Positions 51,001 to 64,000 of a DNA stretch of 64,000 nt are shown here, one piece after another. The translations under genes and the position numbers were made by a program. Where the stretch lies: NCBI GenBank assembly GCA_013239625.1, contig MU053379.1, positions 814,490-878,489 of the forward strand, written 5' to 3'. Position 1 is the stretch's first letter. Each line of letters opens with the position of its first letter. The notes below the pieces were generated by a model, which ran no database searches, was not told where the DNA came from, and worked only from the letters and a program-made list of their open reading frames with translations. This stretch comes from Lama guanicoe (lineage: Eukaryota).

Positions 51001-54000
51001 AAATCAGCGGTCTCCCTTCCTGACTGTCCTCCTGGACCTGCCGGGCGGTGAGGAGGCATGGGGAGCAGAGGACAGGTGGCCCAAGCTCCTGAGTGCCCCA
51101 CTGTGAGGGGACAGCCCTTAAAGCTGCCCCACCTGCCCGACCCATCCCACCCAACGTGGGAAGGGACAACCATCCTGCCACCAGGACTCCAGTCCAGCCG
51201 GAGCCCAGGGCAGGCCAGCGGGTGCTGGAGGGTGAGCCCGCCTCTCCAGGGAGCCTCCGGAAGCAGAGCTGACAGGGTCACTGTCACCTGCCTGCAGGGT
51301 CACGATGCTCCAAGACCAACGGCACCTTCAGCCTGCATCAGCTCAGCCCCTTGTGACCACCTGTGTTCCTCACAGCCTCGAGAGAGGTCACGGGGTCGGA
51401 GGAGGGGCAGCTCTCCTTGACACAGTCAACAAATGTGTATCAGGGCCCTCTCATTGGTCCATGCTGTGCTAGATGCCAGCAACCCACCCGTGTCTGCACA
51501 GCACTGACAGACGAAGAGCAAATAAACAAGACGATGAATGAGACAGGACGGAGGACAGCAGACCTTCCCCTAACGCCCACAGGCCCCAGACAAGAGCGCA
51601 AGTGGAGGCCACTGGCCTCAAGCCCACGCCTTTCTCTTCCTGCTTCCACAGGGACCGTCACACATGCAAACCACCCAGTTGCACACCCACCTTCTCCCCC
51701 TCCTCTCCACAGGTGCACATGCCTGTGCCGTGATCCACCCGCAGGGGAACAGACCCAGAGGTGAGGGGAGCAGGGCTGAGCTGTCAGAGTAGAGTGTATA
51801 CACCCACGGGCCCTGGGTACCACCTCCCTTCAGCCTTGTCTTTTCTGTGCCCTGTAGGGAGGGGCGTGGATGGTGGATGCAAGAGCAGGCAGAGGGCAGA
51901 ACCCACGTTCACCTGGTTCTAATGACAGCACTGATCATATTAACTGGGGTAGGTGGTGCCTCGGAGAGAGGAGGTGCCATGTGGGTGCCAGCTATGCGAA
52001 GACCTGGAGAAGGGCATCACAAAAGGAGGGAACAGCATCACAGGAGGCGGGAACAGCAGCACCAAAGCCTTGAGGGGACGGCGTTCCCAGAAAAAGGGCC
52101 AGTGTGGCTGGAGCAGAGGGGGCTGAGCAGGGCAGACCACGCAGTTCTTAGGGAATTGGGGGTTTTATTCTCGGGGCCATGGGGACCCAGTAGAGAGATT
52201 GTTATTTCTTTTGCTTCATGTCTGTGTAACTGACACACAGTAAAATGCACCAGTTTTGAGTGTGTGGGCTGATCAGTGTTACACACGCGTACACCTGGAA
52301 ACCACCACCAAAGCCTCCCTCAGGCCCCTCCCCTTTAAACCACCAAAGGTTTGCTTTGTCTGGTTTGGCTTTCACATGGATGGAACCAGCCAGCCCAGTG
52401 CTCATTCACATCTGGCTTTTTTCACTCAGCGTTCCTTCTGGGAGATTCACCCACTTCACCACGTACGGGGGCAGGTCATGTTATTCATCTGTGAAGTATC
52501 CACGCTTTTGTGTGAATTCACCGTACTATGTTTATTCCCCTGTGGATGGGTAGCTGGGCTGTTTCCGATTGGGGGCTATTGTGAGTGAAGTGGCTGTGAA
52601 TGTCGTGGGGTGAGGCTTCCGGGCTCGTGGGTGCCCATCTCTGCTGAGCGGGGATTCAGGCGAGGAACTGCTGGGTCTATGGTGACCTCGTAAACTCGGC
52701 CAAAGGGTTTCCCAAAGTGGTTTGAGAGTTTGTCGGTGGGCCTGGCACGACCTGACTTCTATGTATCAGAGATCAGGTCTGCTGCCTCGGGGAGAAGAGC
52801 TGTGAGGGGTCAGAGCGGAGGCCAGGGAGGAGTGACGGAGAGGTCCGGGTAAGCAATGACAGAGGCGCAGGTGCGGCTGGTAGCTGTGGGAACGAAGAAA
52901 CGACCCCCTGCAATGGGAAGGACGCGGGGAGCCGACCCGCCCAAGCCACACGCGGAGCACAGAACCATCCTCGCACCAGGAGGGCCCAGGGCCCTCCTCA
53001 CCCGCCTCTCTCAGGCTCAGGGCCCTGTCCCCTCTCCAAAGCTCTTTGAACTGTGGGCTCTGCAGCCCCAAGGGCAAACAAAGCTGGTACAGGACGCCCC
53101 AGAGAGAAAACAGCCCTGCTGGGGACAAGTAAGCAACTGTCCTCCCCCCCGGCTTGGAAGGCACTTGACACCCGGTTGTTTAGCACATCTGCTTATGGCC
53201 CCGGCTCAGCTCCCCAAACACCCCATCTCTGGGGCTCTCCCTGAGGGTGGGACCCCAGTAGCTAACGCCCAGCACTTTCTCAAGCCTTGCTCATGCTCCA
53301 GCCCAGGCCTCGAGCTGCAGTCTTGGGTGGGGGGAGGGGGAAGGGGAGACATCCCCGGTTCACCCACCCGGCACCTTTGGCAGCTGTTGATGGTCACTGC
53401 ATCTCTGCCTCCAAGCATGGAGTGTGGGGCACGGCAGGCCTCCTCCACCTCTAAAACAATATCTGGGAACCCAACCACACACGGGCTTCCTGTAGGGAGC
53501 AGTCAAAGTCACCAACCATCTGGACAGCAGCCCAACTGGACACGAGCCCCCTTTATTACTCACTAGGCAGTGGTGAGGGCTGTCGACATGGCTTTGGATC
53601 CTCTGGGGCTGTCGATGCAGTGTGTCACCACGACTATTTGAGACAGGGACAGAATTCCAATTTGAACTGCTTTGAACAGCAACACAACAAATCCTTTGAT
53701 TGATGTACCTGAGAGATCTTGAGAGTTAGCTTCAGGAATAGCAGGCTCCAGGTGCTCAAAAATATCATAGGACTTCTACTCTCTTCCCTTTCCACCTCTG
53801 CTTTTCCTTCTGTTGGCTACACTTTCAAGCTAGTTCTCTCCGTGTGATAGAAAAACAGGGTCACCAGTAGAAGGGGCACATGTCCCACCTATTATCTAAT
53901 CTAAGTGAAAAGAGAGGGTCTGTTTACCAGTGCAGTTCCCAGGGCTGGCTCTCCTCAGGCTAACCTGTGGTCAGGGGCATCGATGTGCTGGTTGGCCGGC

Positions 54001-54714
54001 CGGGAGTCAGAGGGCACAGGGAGAGAGGAGGGAACTGAGTGCTGCTTCCAGACAAAGGGGAAGTAGGTGACAGACAGCTCATGAAAGCAGATAGTTAAAT
54101 TGTATCTGGTAGCCTCACACTCCCACACTCGCCTCTCCGGAAAGTTGCCGATAAACTGTGCCAGGGAGCCTGAGAAAAATGGATGGATGAACCAAAAAAG
54201 GAGCAATGTATCAGTCACAACATTTAAGCTACTTGAAGGCAAGAGTGATGCATTTCTAGGGCCTTGCCGAGGACCTGGAACACACTAGGAGATCAAGGGC
54301 AGTGGGGGCCTGGCACGCGCAATGGACATCACCAAGGGATGACTGCTCTCCTTCTTGCTGGGCCCAGACTGGCCTCGGAAGCCTTCTCAACACAGCACTC
54401 CAGATGAAACTAGTCATCATCCTTTTCCAGTATATCACCTCCCCTTGGAACCCGCCCCATGCCCCAGTATGACTCTACAGAAGTAGGTTGACATGCACTA
54501 GGTACCTGCCACGGGCTGCCTCTGTGCTGGGCACGCCTGAACACACGTGCAGTCTGCAGCTGCATCCCCTCCCCTGTCCATCTTCCCTCTGCCTAAGCGC
54601 TGAGAAGCCTTGACAGCCATCTGAGTGCATCCACGAACATTTAAGATGGAAACTCCGTATTTTTGTGGCCATCCCAGGACAGGTTCCTTACAGCAGTGAT
54701 GTGCTGGTACACAT

Positions 54715-55398
54715 TGTAGGGGAGCAAAGTTCACCACCCCAAAATGTGTCTCTTTGGCAAATTATTTTAAGTTGGTTATTTCCAAGAAACAGCAGACATG
54801 GGAAACACTGAAAACCAAGGAGGAATTACACTTTTGTAAGAAACTTTGCCGTGTGTAAGGGAAATCTCCACTTGTAAGGGTGTCTCCCTTACTGTTCCAG
54901 AAGGAAGATGGTAAAACTTTCATCAGTGGAGAAAGCACTGCTTCACACCTGCAAAACAACCTTCCCTTTTTCACTGTGCCCTTCCTGGTGACCTCCCAGA
55001 ACTGACACGCCCCTCCCTCAACGTCCTCCTTTGTCTTTACTGAGGATGGTACTTAAGGTGGGGGCTTCTGCCATTTCAGTGAGTCATTCAGTTTCCCTGG
55101 TCTTTCTTGTGTATAGATGCTATTAAACTTTTTTTTTTTAGCTTTTTTCTTATTTATTTATTTTTGTGAGCTGGACTTCTGCTTTTTGGGGAGAGGTAAT
55201 TAGATTTATTTATTTATTTGTTTGTTTTATGGGGGATTGAACCCAGGACCTCATGGATGCTAAGCATGCACTCTGCCACTGAGCTATACCCTTCCCCCCA
55301 TGTTATTAAACTTTTATTTGATTTTTCTCCTGTTAATCTCACATCAATTTGATTCTTAGACCAGCCAGAAGAACCTAGAAGGACAGGGAAAAGTCCCA
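54715..55398 (+). mobile_element. ERV1-class solo LTR (MER34/MER39-like), interrupted by a SINE
   Basis: It starts TGTAGGGGAGCAAAGTTCACCACCCCAAAATGTGTCTCTTTGGCA and ends with cttagaccagccagaagaacctagaagg. Its ATTAAA polyA signal was duplicated by the SINE TSD. Confidence 0.75.
55133..55299 (-). mobile_element. Vic-1-type SINE (long form) inserted into an LTR
   Basis: Sequence ggggattgaacccaggacctcatggatgctaagcatgcactctgccactgagctataccc. It has a 16-bp TSD, atgctattaaactttt (55117-55132) / atgttattaaactttt (55300-55315). Confidence 0.9.
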
Positions 55399-55457
55399 GT
55401 TGGCAGCATTTGCCAACTTCCATGCTGTAAATCCTGCTACTGTAGCCAATTTCATTC

Positions 55458-55970
55458 TGAGACGGGAGGGAAGGGGACCAGGGCACAACCATTGAAAGAC
55501 TGACACAGCCATTGAGGACAGGACATAATCCGGTTAGAACCAACTAGGCCCAAGATGGTGGAAGGTTTGACTTCCAGCAGACCTTGAGCCTCATTATACA
55601 CTCATTACAATAAAATTAGCCTTGCAGATAAGAAGTACCCATCATGCCTCGACACCATGACATTTCCAATCAAGACTAAATAAAGACAAAAACCCCTCCT
55701 TTCCTCAGGAAGGTAGAGCTGGGATGAAAATCAAGAACTATGACCCCAAGCCCCTCCCTCCCCAATGAATATTCCGCCCATTCATCTTTACACCCATGAA
55801 ACCAGCTTGCCAAAGAAAGTCAGTGCAGCTTCTCACCTGAGTCTCCCCGCTCCCTCCCTGAGCACGTACTACCCGGCTCTTAATAAATCCTCACTTTACT
55901 TTCTTAATCTCCTCCGTGTCTGGTCTCTGAATTCTTTCTGCAGTGAGACAAGAACCTACCCTCGGTAACA
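55458..55970 (+). mobile_element. Well-preserved 513-bp ERV1-type solo LTR
   Basis: It has TG...CA termini, 4-bp flanks attc / attg, a YY1-like CCAAGATGG, AATAAA at 55882-55887, and a U5-like tctctgaattctttctgcagtgagacaagaacc. Confidence 0.85.
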
Positions 55971-58900
55971 ATTGCAGCCGCCAACCTGTTGTTGCTGAAA
56001 GCAGACCTGAGAAGAGTTGCACACAGGCTGCTCCAGGGCGGACGTGAGGGGCCCCAGCACCCCCAGCCCTAGACGATGGATGTTGTGATTCCAGAACCAC
56101 ACGGATTTTCCTTTGAGGCTAAGATTTACCCAACAGTCACTCCAGACACTTGCTTACAATCCAGGACAGAAACCTGAGTTCTCTTCTGGAGCTTAGAGAC
56201 ACTTCCAAAACCACAGTGAGCGTCACTTTTGACTCAAGAGTGAAATGTGCATGGAGAGGTGTTAGCTGACCGTCTGCAGAACCCCCTCTGTGCTCCGTAT
56301 CCCTTCAGTCACTCGGTTTTCCTCTCGTTCTGTGACGTACCCACTTAATCCACCAGTTCACTGATGAAAGTGATTACACTCTTAAGCTTCAACCCAAAAT
56401 TTCACTACGGAAAATGTTACACATGTGCAAAAATAGGATATGACCATCGTGACCCAACTTCAATTACTATGAATTCGTGACCCATTTTGTTGCATCTTCC
56501 TCTGCACGTTCTCCTCCTCCTGTGTTACTATGAAACAAATCCCAAACACTCTATCATTTCACCTGGAAACACACAGTAAAAAGCAGTAGCATTTTAATCT
56601 GAAAAGCTCATTGAAATGGAGGTGTAACTAGGGGTCTAAACTGACAGCCTTCTCTGACTGAGTAGCATTTTTAACTGGCTCACAGGGGAAGAATGATGCA
56701 GGGGTGGTGGCGCCTGGAGCATTATTTCCTTCCCAGTGGGGAGGTGGGGGATGTAGGGGAGGGGAGGCCTCAGGGATGGGGGTGCGGAGCTGCCGTTGTC
56801 GGGCTGTAAATCTGCACGCCACCGGTGCCCCTGCTGTTCGCAAGGCCACTCTTGCTATCACCCTCCATCAGAGGCTCGCACAAAAGTGTTTTTGAGTTCA
56901 ACTCAAAGAATGCTCCCATTTTGTTCCAGTTCCCTAAGTTTCAGATATATAGATCAGGTTCAAATCGATTCATTAGGATTTTTTTAAGTGTGGGTGGAGA
57001 TTGGAAGATGGATAATTGCAAGGCACTTTAGGAGCCAAGGGGACCTCTCTGGTTCTGCAGACCCTGTGTGTCAGGAGGTCCACCCGCCTGGACACCGAGG
57101 AGGCAGCCCCTTGGAGGGAGGGTGGTCTTGCCCTCACGCAGCAATCTGGAGATCCACAGAAAAATGTTTGCTTCTTGTTTCATTAAGAAAATGTGGGGGT
57201 CATTCGGTTTTGCATAAAAATCCCTTGGAGGCCAACCCAACAGCTTCTCCCCCAGCCTCAGGCAGGACAGGCTGGGAACCCCCACTGCATTCCAAGAAAC
57301 CTTCAATTACTGATAATGATGGTGGAATAAATCTCCAGCTCCCTGGCCCTCAGGCCCCATAACAGCTGTTCATACCCTGACCAATTTCCTCCCAACCCTC
57401 TCCCCCTCCCCACCTCCCTACTCAGCTTCCAGGAATCACCTCCAAATCCTCTGCTTGCACGCAATCCTTGTCTGCATCTAGGAGAATTCAACCCAACACG
57501 GTCCACCAACCCTCCAGTCCTCCCAGTTCTGGCCTCTGCCTCCCTGCTGGGCAGTTTCCTCCAGCACTGACTGTGAACCAGTCCTTGTGCAAGAGCTGCT
57601 GGCCCCAGAGGTCCAAGAGGCCTCCGCAGTGGGGGAAACACTGAGTCAAACAGCATGCCATTTCAGTAAAGCTCCAGAGCGCGGCCTTTCCCGGGCTCTG
57701 CAGTCACAGCCTCTTTCTCTGCTCCTTTAAAGGCCTGTGCAAGCAGCTACTTACTCCCTGGCCTGGGGCAGCACTGAGGGGCTCATTCTAAATAGATCAC
57801 AACAAACTCACAACCCTCGGGCTGCCTAGATGCACGTTTATGAGTCTGTGGTAGAACCAGGCCCTGGGTGTGGTTCGCAGCGCACGCACGGCCCTCTGCT
57901 CCCCACCCTCCCCGGGAGGCCACCAGGAGTTTCTAGGGGAGGGAACCTGGCAGGGCACTGAGATGCACTGTGAGACCCGCTCCAAGAGCAAGGGCTTCCT
58001 GGAGTTTAACACCTTGACTGGCACTTACAATGCGCAGCAGGGAATATCTGGCAAATAAATTCTGAAGCCATATGAGTGGATCTCTTCCTTTCTTTCTCTC
58101 CCTCCGCCCCGCGCTGTCAGCAGGATGTCTACACGTGGTGTCACTGCCTGTAACCAGCAGCTCCTGGGACCCACCTTCACATCCAGGCCGAGAGAGGGTT
58201 AACTCCTACGCTTCCTCCAAGGAATGGAATGTTCGTGGCATTTCCAGAGAGAGAGCATCTTGCTCTGAGCTGGGACGCACATCCAAGATGTACTGTTAAG
58301 TAAAAGAAGGGCAAGCTGAAGCGTGTGTGACTGCTTGTGAGAAAAGGGAAAAATGCTTCTTACTGCGTGAAATGTCTCTGGAAAGAGAAACCAAACACTG
58401 AAATCAGAAGTTGCTGGTGGGGAGAAGTGGAACTTCTCAGGTCGATGTGAGAACACTTCACTTTGTATATTTCATAATATATATATTATTTAAAACACAC
58501 ATATATATATATAAATACAATAGCACTAAAAACAAAAAGAGACATGTTCTCCAGTCTGAGTCCACTGACCACAGCGTACATCCCAAGAGGGGCTTCAGGC
58601 CCCCACATCAGCCTGCCCAGTGCTGGCTCAGTCTCTCTGGATAAAGCCAGGGTGACTCCCATGTGTGACCCCCTCTCTGCATCAGACCTGCCACCCTCGC
58701 CTCCTCCAGGCAGAAGCAACAGCCCTGGGAAGAAAGGTTCTGACAAGGACGCCGCAGACGCCGCTTCATCCATCCGGGACCCATCTGCTGGGCCTCTGCT
58801 GAGCACCAGGCTGCGTCCAGGCTGTGGTGAGATGGCAGAACAAGACTGTCACTGGGAAGGAGGGGACAAGTTAGATAAGTGATAGAGGCAGTGAAGTAGG

Positions 58901-61534
58901 TAGCAGCGAGAGCTAAGGAGGGGACAGCAGGAGAGGAGACTAGAATGGGGGGGTAAAATTTTAGGGGGGTCAGGGAAGTCCTCACTGAGAGGTCGAGGCC
59001 TCAGAAGGTGACAGCATGGGCCCTGAGACATCAGGGGCAGGGAGGGCACCAGAGGCACCAGCAGGCGCAAAGACCCCACGGGGCTCAGAGGGACCGAACA
59101 TTTCCGTCATTTGTGCCTGGAGCCCCTGGGGACACCCCAGAGGCCCGGCTCCATCTGCCCCTGGTTTGTACAGAACAGATCTGGACTAGTCAACCCAGTA
59201 CTCAGCTGGGTGGGGCCAAAGCAGGAGTGGGTGGGGGGCTGCTGTGCTCACCCCAGAGACAGAGAGCGAAGCCCTGCTGGGCCCGGCTTCTGCCTCAGGC
59301 TCGAGTTTGGAGGAAACAGGCCCTGGGGACCGAAACAAAAATAAATATTCCAAGAATATTTCATCCTAAACATCCCCCACATAGACCTTCCTGGTGTGGA
59401 TTCTCAGATCACAAGTCCTGCAAAACGCTCCCCTGAGAGAAGAGGGCGTCGGGGCCTCTGGGAGATTCACCGGAGTAGGAAACCCCCCTCGCTTTGTCCA
59501 GCCGGGGGAGCATCTGGGCTCGCCGCACAGACAAGTGCTGACACCAGGGTGGCTGCCCATCTGTGGGAGCACGCGCAGCGCAACACAGTCCCACTTCCCA
59601 GCGACCCTAAAACCTTCCCCTTTGCCAAGGGGTCGGGGGAGGAGGAAGAGGACTTCCTGGAAGTGCAGCCTGGAAACCCCGCTCCCGGGTGTGTCTGCAC
59701 CTCTCGCGGGTGCGAGGATGGTCACGGCCCCAAACTGGAACCAGCCCAGCCGCCCAGCAGCAGGAGGACGAATGGACGCCGTGCACTTGTTCACACAAGG
59801 GAATATGACAAAGCAAGAAAAAGAATACACAACCCGAGCCCAAGCCACTGCCACCTCTGCCCCTGCTGGGTCCCCCACTGTCCCCCTTGCAAGCACCCCA
59901 CACAATAACTTCCACAGCCATCAGGGAGAGCACAGCTGATCTACTTAGGGCCCTGAAACGGGTTCGACAGTGGAGGGTGAAAGGGGGGACTGGGGAGGCG
60001 GAATGTCTTTCCAAAACTCGGATTTGGGCAGGCCAGTCCGTGGGTGACTCTCTTCAGTGTCTTGGCTTTGTCCCCCTTAATCCGGTTTCCTGCACCCTGC
60101 CAAACCTGGCCGCAGCCTCACCACCGCCCCCTCCCCTCCAGAACCCACCTCCAGCAGGTCCCCAGGGCCCTCTCCCACCCCAAGAACAGTGCCTTCCCAG
60201 GGCACCTTCCATCCTCTGCGGCTGTCCCCCAGGCCCCCACCCCAACAGCCTTCACCCTCACGGCACAGCCGCACTGCTGCGCAGTTCCTGGTCGCGGTGT
60301 CTGTCTCCTGCCAAGCGGGGCCCCGAGAGGTGGCCGCAGCGTCTAGCCCGTGGTCTGGCGTGAGCGATGCCCAACAATACGCGAGGAAGGGCTGGATGGA
60401 CGGACCTCCCTGCAGAGGGGCTGCGGCAGGTGTGCGCGCCCCGCAGTTCTCACCGCGTGTTACCGGGTCCATCTGCCCGTGTCTGCCTCTCTTTACACAA
60501 AGGCTGCTGTGCCCTGAGCAGGCCCGGCTGGAAGGACCCGGGATCAGCCCCAGGAGCCCTCAGCCACGACTCATGGGAATGGCGCACAAAGGATCCAGAA
60601 GGGTTGGGACCATGACTGCCAAGTGGGCAGAAGCAGCCAGGTTTCCAGGGGAAAGGGGAAACACCAGGCCACCAGGCAGAAGTCAACATGGGACATGACA
60701 GGCCACCTGCAGAGCAGCGCTGGACGCCTGGCAGGCTGGGCGCCCCCCGCTCCACCAGTGAGCAGGGCCGCAGTGGTAGGGGAGGGACGTTCGCTGCTCA
60801 AACTCGTGAAATGTGGCAGAAGCCTGTGGCCACGGCCTGTCCCAGCCCTGGGAGGAAGGCCCAGGCAGGCTGCGATCAAGCAGAAAGCAGCGCACTGGAG
60901 TCTGGGTGGCGCCGGGAGCTCTGCGTTGCCTGACGCCTGAGGGATAACCTGGACCCTGAATGCACATTCCCAGGTTCCCCCTAGAGGTTACATGCCTCTG
61001 ACAGCCTCGATTGGAGGGTGGGACTAACTAGGGTCTATGGGTGGCCTTGAACTTGCACTTCTGGGATCCCTGGCCTCAGTGGAGGAGCAGCCGGCACAGC
61101 TGGCTGCTGAGGACCAGGCGTGGACTCCACACGTGGAGCGGTGGGTGCCAGGAAGGGACGCTGGGAGCCTGGACAGCCTGGACCCTGCTGCGAGCACAGC
61201 CACCCCCACACCCACGGGCCCACTGGACTCGGCCTAAGCTGGGCCCAGGAAACCTGGGGGGTCCCTGCTCGGGTCCTAAGTCTGCCGGTCCTACAGCTGG
61301 GCTTCCAGAGGTGTTCTTTACACACCAAGTGCAGGTCACATCGCAGTGGCAGGATGCTTACTCTGCCCTGGACACAAAAAGAAACGCCTGGGTGTGGGGT
61401 GGGGCTGGGCAGAGAAACAGAGCCGTACAGAGGTGCCTCGAGGCGAAGGTATGGAACCTCTATTTTGAGTTTGCTCCCTGGGCAGCTGTTTGAGGTTTGT
61501 CCCGATTTGCGTGGCTGTGTAACTCCACCCACAC

Positions 61535-62250
61535 CTGCACCGTCCAATGTAGTAGCCCCTGGACACGCCTGATGATGGAGCACTGGAGATGCAGCTAGTC
61601 CAGCTGTCAGCGGAGAGCACATGCTGGTGTCGAGACTTGGGACAAAAAACAAAATAAAATGTCTCATTAATTGTGCCTTAGAGTGAGTCCATGTTGAAAT
61701 GATAATGGTTTTGCATATTGGGTTAAACAAAATATATTATCAAAGTTAATCTCACTTTGACAAGGGCTGAATTGTGTCTCCCCCCAAATATGTAGGCATC
61801 CTAACCCCTAGTCCCTCAGAATGTGACCTGATTTGGAAGCAGGGTTGCTACAGATGTAGGTATGACGCTGAGATCAAGTCAGAGTGGAGGAGGGTGTGAC
61901 CGACATGACTGGTGTCCTTAGAAGAGGAGGAGGCAGAGACGCAGTGACAAGGGAGCCACGTGACGATGGAGGCAGAGATTGGACGGAGGCATCCACGAGC
62001 CAAGGACACCAAGAATTGCTGGCAAACACGAGAAGCTCAGAGATAAAGCAGGACCCTCCCGGGTGTCAGAGGAAGCCCGGCCCTGCTGACATCTTGGTTT
62101 GGGACTCCCGCCTTGCAGAGCCCTGAGACGACACGTTTCTGTTGTTTCAAGCCATCTGGTTTGTGGCACTTTGCTACAGCACTCCCAGGAAACTAAGGCA
62201 CCTCTGGGGTTTTTGGTTTTGTTTCATTTTATACTAATTTTAATGTGTCT
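61535..62250. mobile_element. MER3-like element interrupted by an MLT1 LTR
   Basis: Sequence ctgtc...tctcattaat...catgttgaaatgataat...tattgggttaaacaaaatatattat, which resumes after 62200. Confidence 0.65.
61758..62200 (+). mobile_element. MaLR LTR (MLT1B/C-like), near full length
   Basis: Motifs gggctgaattgtgtctcccc, cctcagaatgtgacctgatttgga, gactggtgtcctta, ggccctgctgacatcttg and ttctgttgtttcaagcca...ggaaactaaggca. Confidence 0.85.
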
Positions 62251-64000
62251 CATAGAGCCTTGTGAAATAGGCATAGCATTATTTCCATTTTCCAGATGAG
62301 AAAAACTGAGGCTCAGAGAGGCCAATGGTGGGGGTGAAGCTGACAAGCTACTAAGCCACAGACCCTGCCTTCAGACCTCACGCTTTCCCACTGTTCATGA
62401 GAGACACTCATTTGTTCACCCCACACGATTTATCAAGAGCACATGATTTGTCAAACACTGTTCTTAGCGCTTGAGAGAGATTAAGGGCAAAACAAAGATC
62501 CCTGCCTTGTGGAGTTCATATTATAGCAGGGGAGACAGAGTTAAATAAGAAACGTAATGAACAAGTAAACTATTTAGCATCTTAGAAAGAGCCCGGAGCT
62601 GTGAGGAAATAAGGAGGGCAGGAATCAGGGGCTGGGGGTGCAGGGCTGGGGCTCAGGGTCGGCCTCGCGAGAAGGTGAGAGTTCAGCACAGGTGTGGAGG
62701 AGAGGAGGGAGTGAACCTCACTGACGTCTGGGGGAAGGGTGTCCCCGGCAGAGGGAACGGCCAGTGCAAAATAATGACCGGAAGCCGTGAGATGTGGTCA
62801 AGAGCCTTCCAGGGAGGTTCTCGGCACATGTTAGAACTGCTCATTTCCAGTGTTCTCTTCGAGCCTCTTCCTGAGCCTGGACCACAAGGCTCCTCCCGGG
62901 CCGGAGCCCTGCAGACCTGCCTGGGGTTGTTTTACGCAGGCAGATGCCTCAGCCTCGCTCCACGTGCAGAGGCCCTGCGGCCACGCCAGGCCGGGCTTCC
63001 TGGGCAAGCAGCAGCCTGGTACACGAGGAGGTCGGATGTCCACCCCCTGAGGGTGGTCCAGGTCATCACTGTCCCAGGGTCTGGGCAGAAGGTAGGAGCC
63101 AGAGGGACGGGGACCATTCTACTCACCTGAATGACCTGGAAGGGTGATGGCAACTGTGACACTGTCAGCAGTGGGTGGAAATAGGTGAAGATAATTTGTT
63201 TAAGGGGGTCCTGGCCCCACGTGTATCAAGCATGGCATGGGGAGTGTTTTGGGAAGAAAAGTCTGAGATCAAGTTTACTGTCCCTTCTCTCAGAATGGGA
63301 AGCGAATCTGACAGTCCCTGGGCTTCTGAGAGAACGGCCCTCCTGGCTGTTCAATTGCACGGTGTCACTGTTAGTGATTTACTCCAGTAAGAACACCGGC
63401 TCTCTTACCAGGTGCCGACGCTGTGTGCTAACCACGCTTCCCTGACCTAGGCACAGAGCCAGACCCCAGCAGGGAGGGACTCCGCCGAGTGCTGGGAGCT
63501 GGACAACATCACCCGGCATCCCCACGGGCATCATCAGAGAGCGGGGGCGTCGGCCACATGAAAGAACCGTGATTCCTGGGGCCCTAGGTGTCCTGGCCAG
63601 AAGAGGGCGAGGCCAAGAGGCAGCTCCGTTTCCAGGCAGTCGGAGAGGCAAAAACAGGCTCTTTCTGCCCCGTGCCTCACACCGTCCACCTTGTGTGCTA
63701 CTGACATTTGTCCCCCATTCGGTTCAGTACTGCTAGACAGGATGGTGGCTCTGCAGGACAGCCCTCCCCATGGCTGGGGACAGAGGAAAGGGAAGACCCT
63801 TGGGGACAAGGGTCAGCACCCTCAGCCTCTCCCCGTTCTCTACCAGGGTTCCCCACGTGCATCTATTTTAATTCAGTCTCCATTTTGCAGATGCAGAAAC
63901 AGAGACCCACAGGGGGCCAGAGCTCGCCCAAGATTGCGCTCAGGTCAGGAAGGAGCTGACCTCTAAGCTAGCGCCCTGCCATCGTCCCACACTCCCTCAC

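Larger units (their letters stand above)
54694..56036 (-). mobile_element. MER63-like hAT element split into three pieces by two LTRs
   Basis: The pieces are cagtgatgtgctggta (54694), gcagcatttgccaacttccatgctgtaaatcctgctactgtagccaatttca (about 55403-55455) and gccaacctgttgttgctgaaagcagacctgagaagagttgcacac (about 55980-56025). They are collinear with the MER63 consensus as I recall it. Confidence 0.6.

Noticed and set aside
52856-53566. 236-aa ORF, the longest in the window
   Set aside because: It is Pro/Gly/Ser-rich with no recognisable domain, which is expected by chance in GC-rich DNA.
59366-61730. Cluster of 150-231-aa overlapping ORFs on both strands
   Set aside because: They overlap decayed L1 and MER3 sequence and GC-rich DNA, with no domain similarity or consistent exon structure.

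Overview
This is mammalian genomic DNA, very probably a camelid (alpaca, llama or camel), judged from seven copies of a tRNA-Ala-derived Vic-1-type SINE and cetartiodactyl-type L1 3' ends. The only protein-coding gene I can support is BANF2 (barrier-to-autointegration factor-like, BAF-L) on the + strand. It has two coding exons (19140-19265 and 27333-27479) that splice GT-AG in phase 0 into a complete 90-aa protein, plus a candidate 5'UTR exon at about 17221-17382. The rest is intron or intergenic DNA dominated by old transposons (L2, MIR, L1M, MaLR/MLT1, LTR16, MER DNA transposons) and some younger insertions with target-site duplications (TSDs). There are three assembly gaps. Nearly all entries in the ORF track are chance ORFs in GC-rich non-coding DNA. 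I found no convincing new multi-gene system. The most interesting signals are an LTR16 turned into a CpG-rich NRF1/Sp1/EGR1 promoter-like element, an L1-supplied polyA signal for BANF2, a possible antisense 3' end inside the BANF2 intron, a short locally templated insertion, patches of GC/CpG gain, and a four-element nested TE cluster. Repeat family names come from my recall of consensus sequences, not from a database search, and the boundaries of old repeats are approximate.
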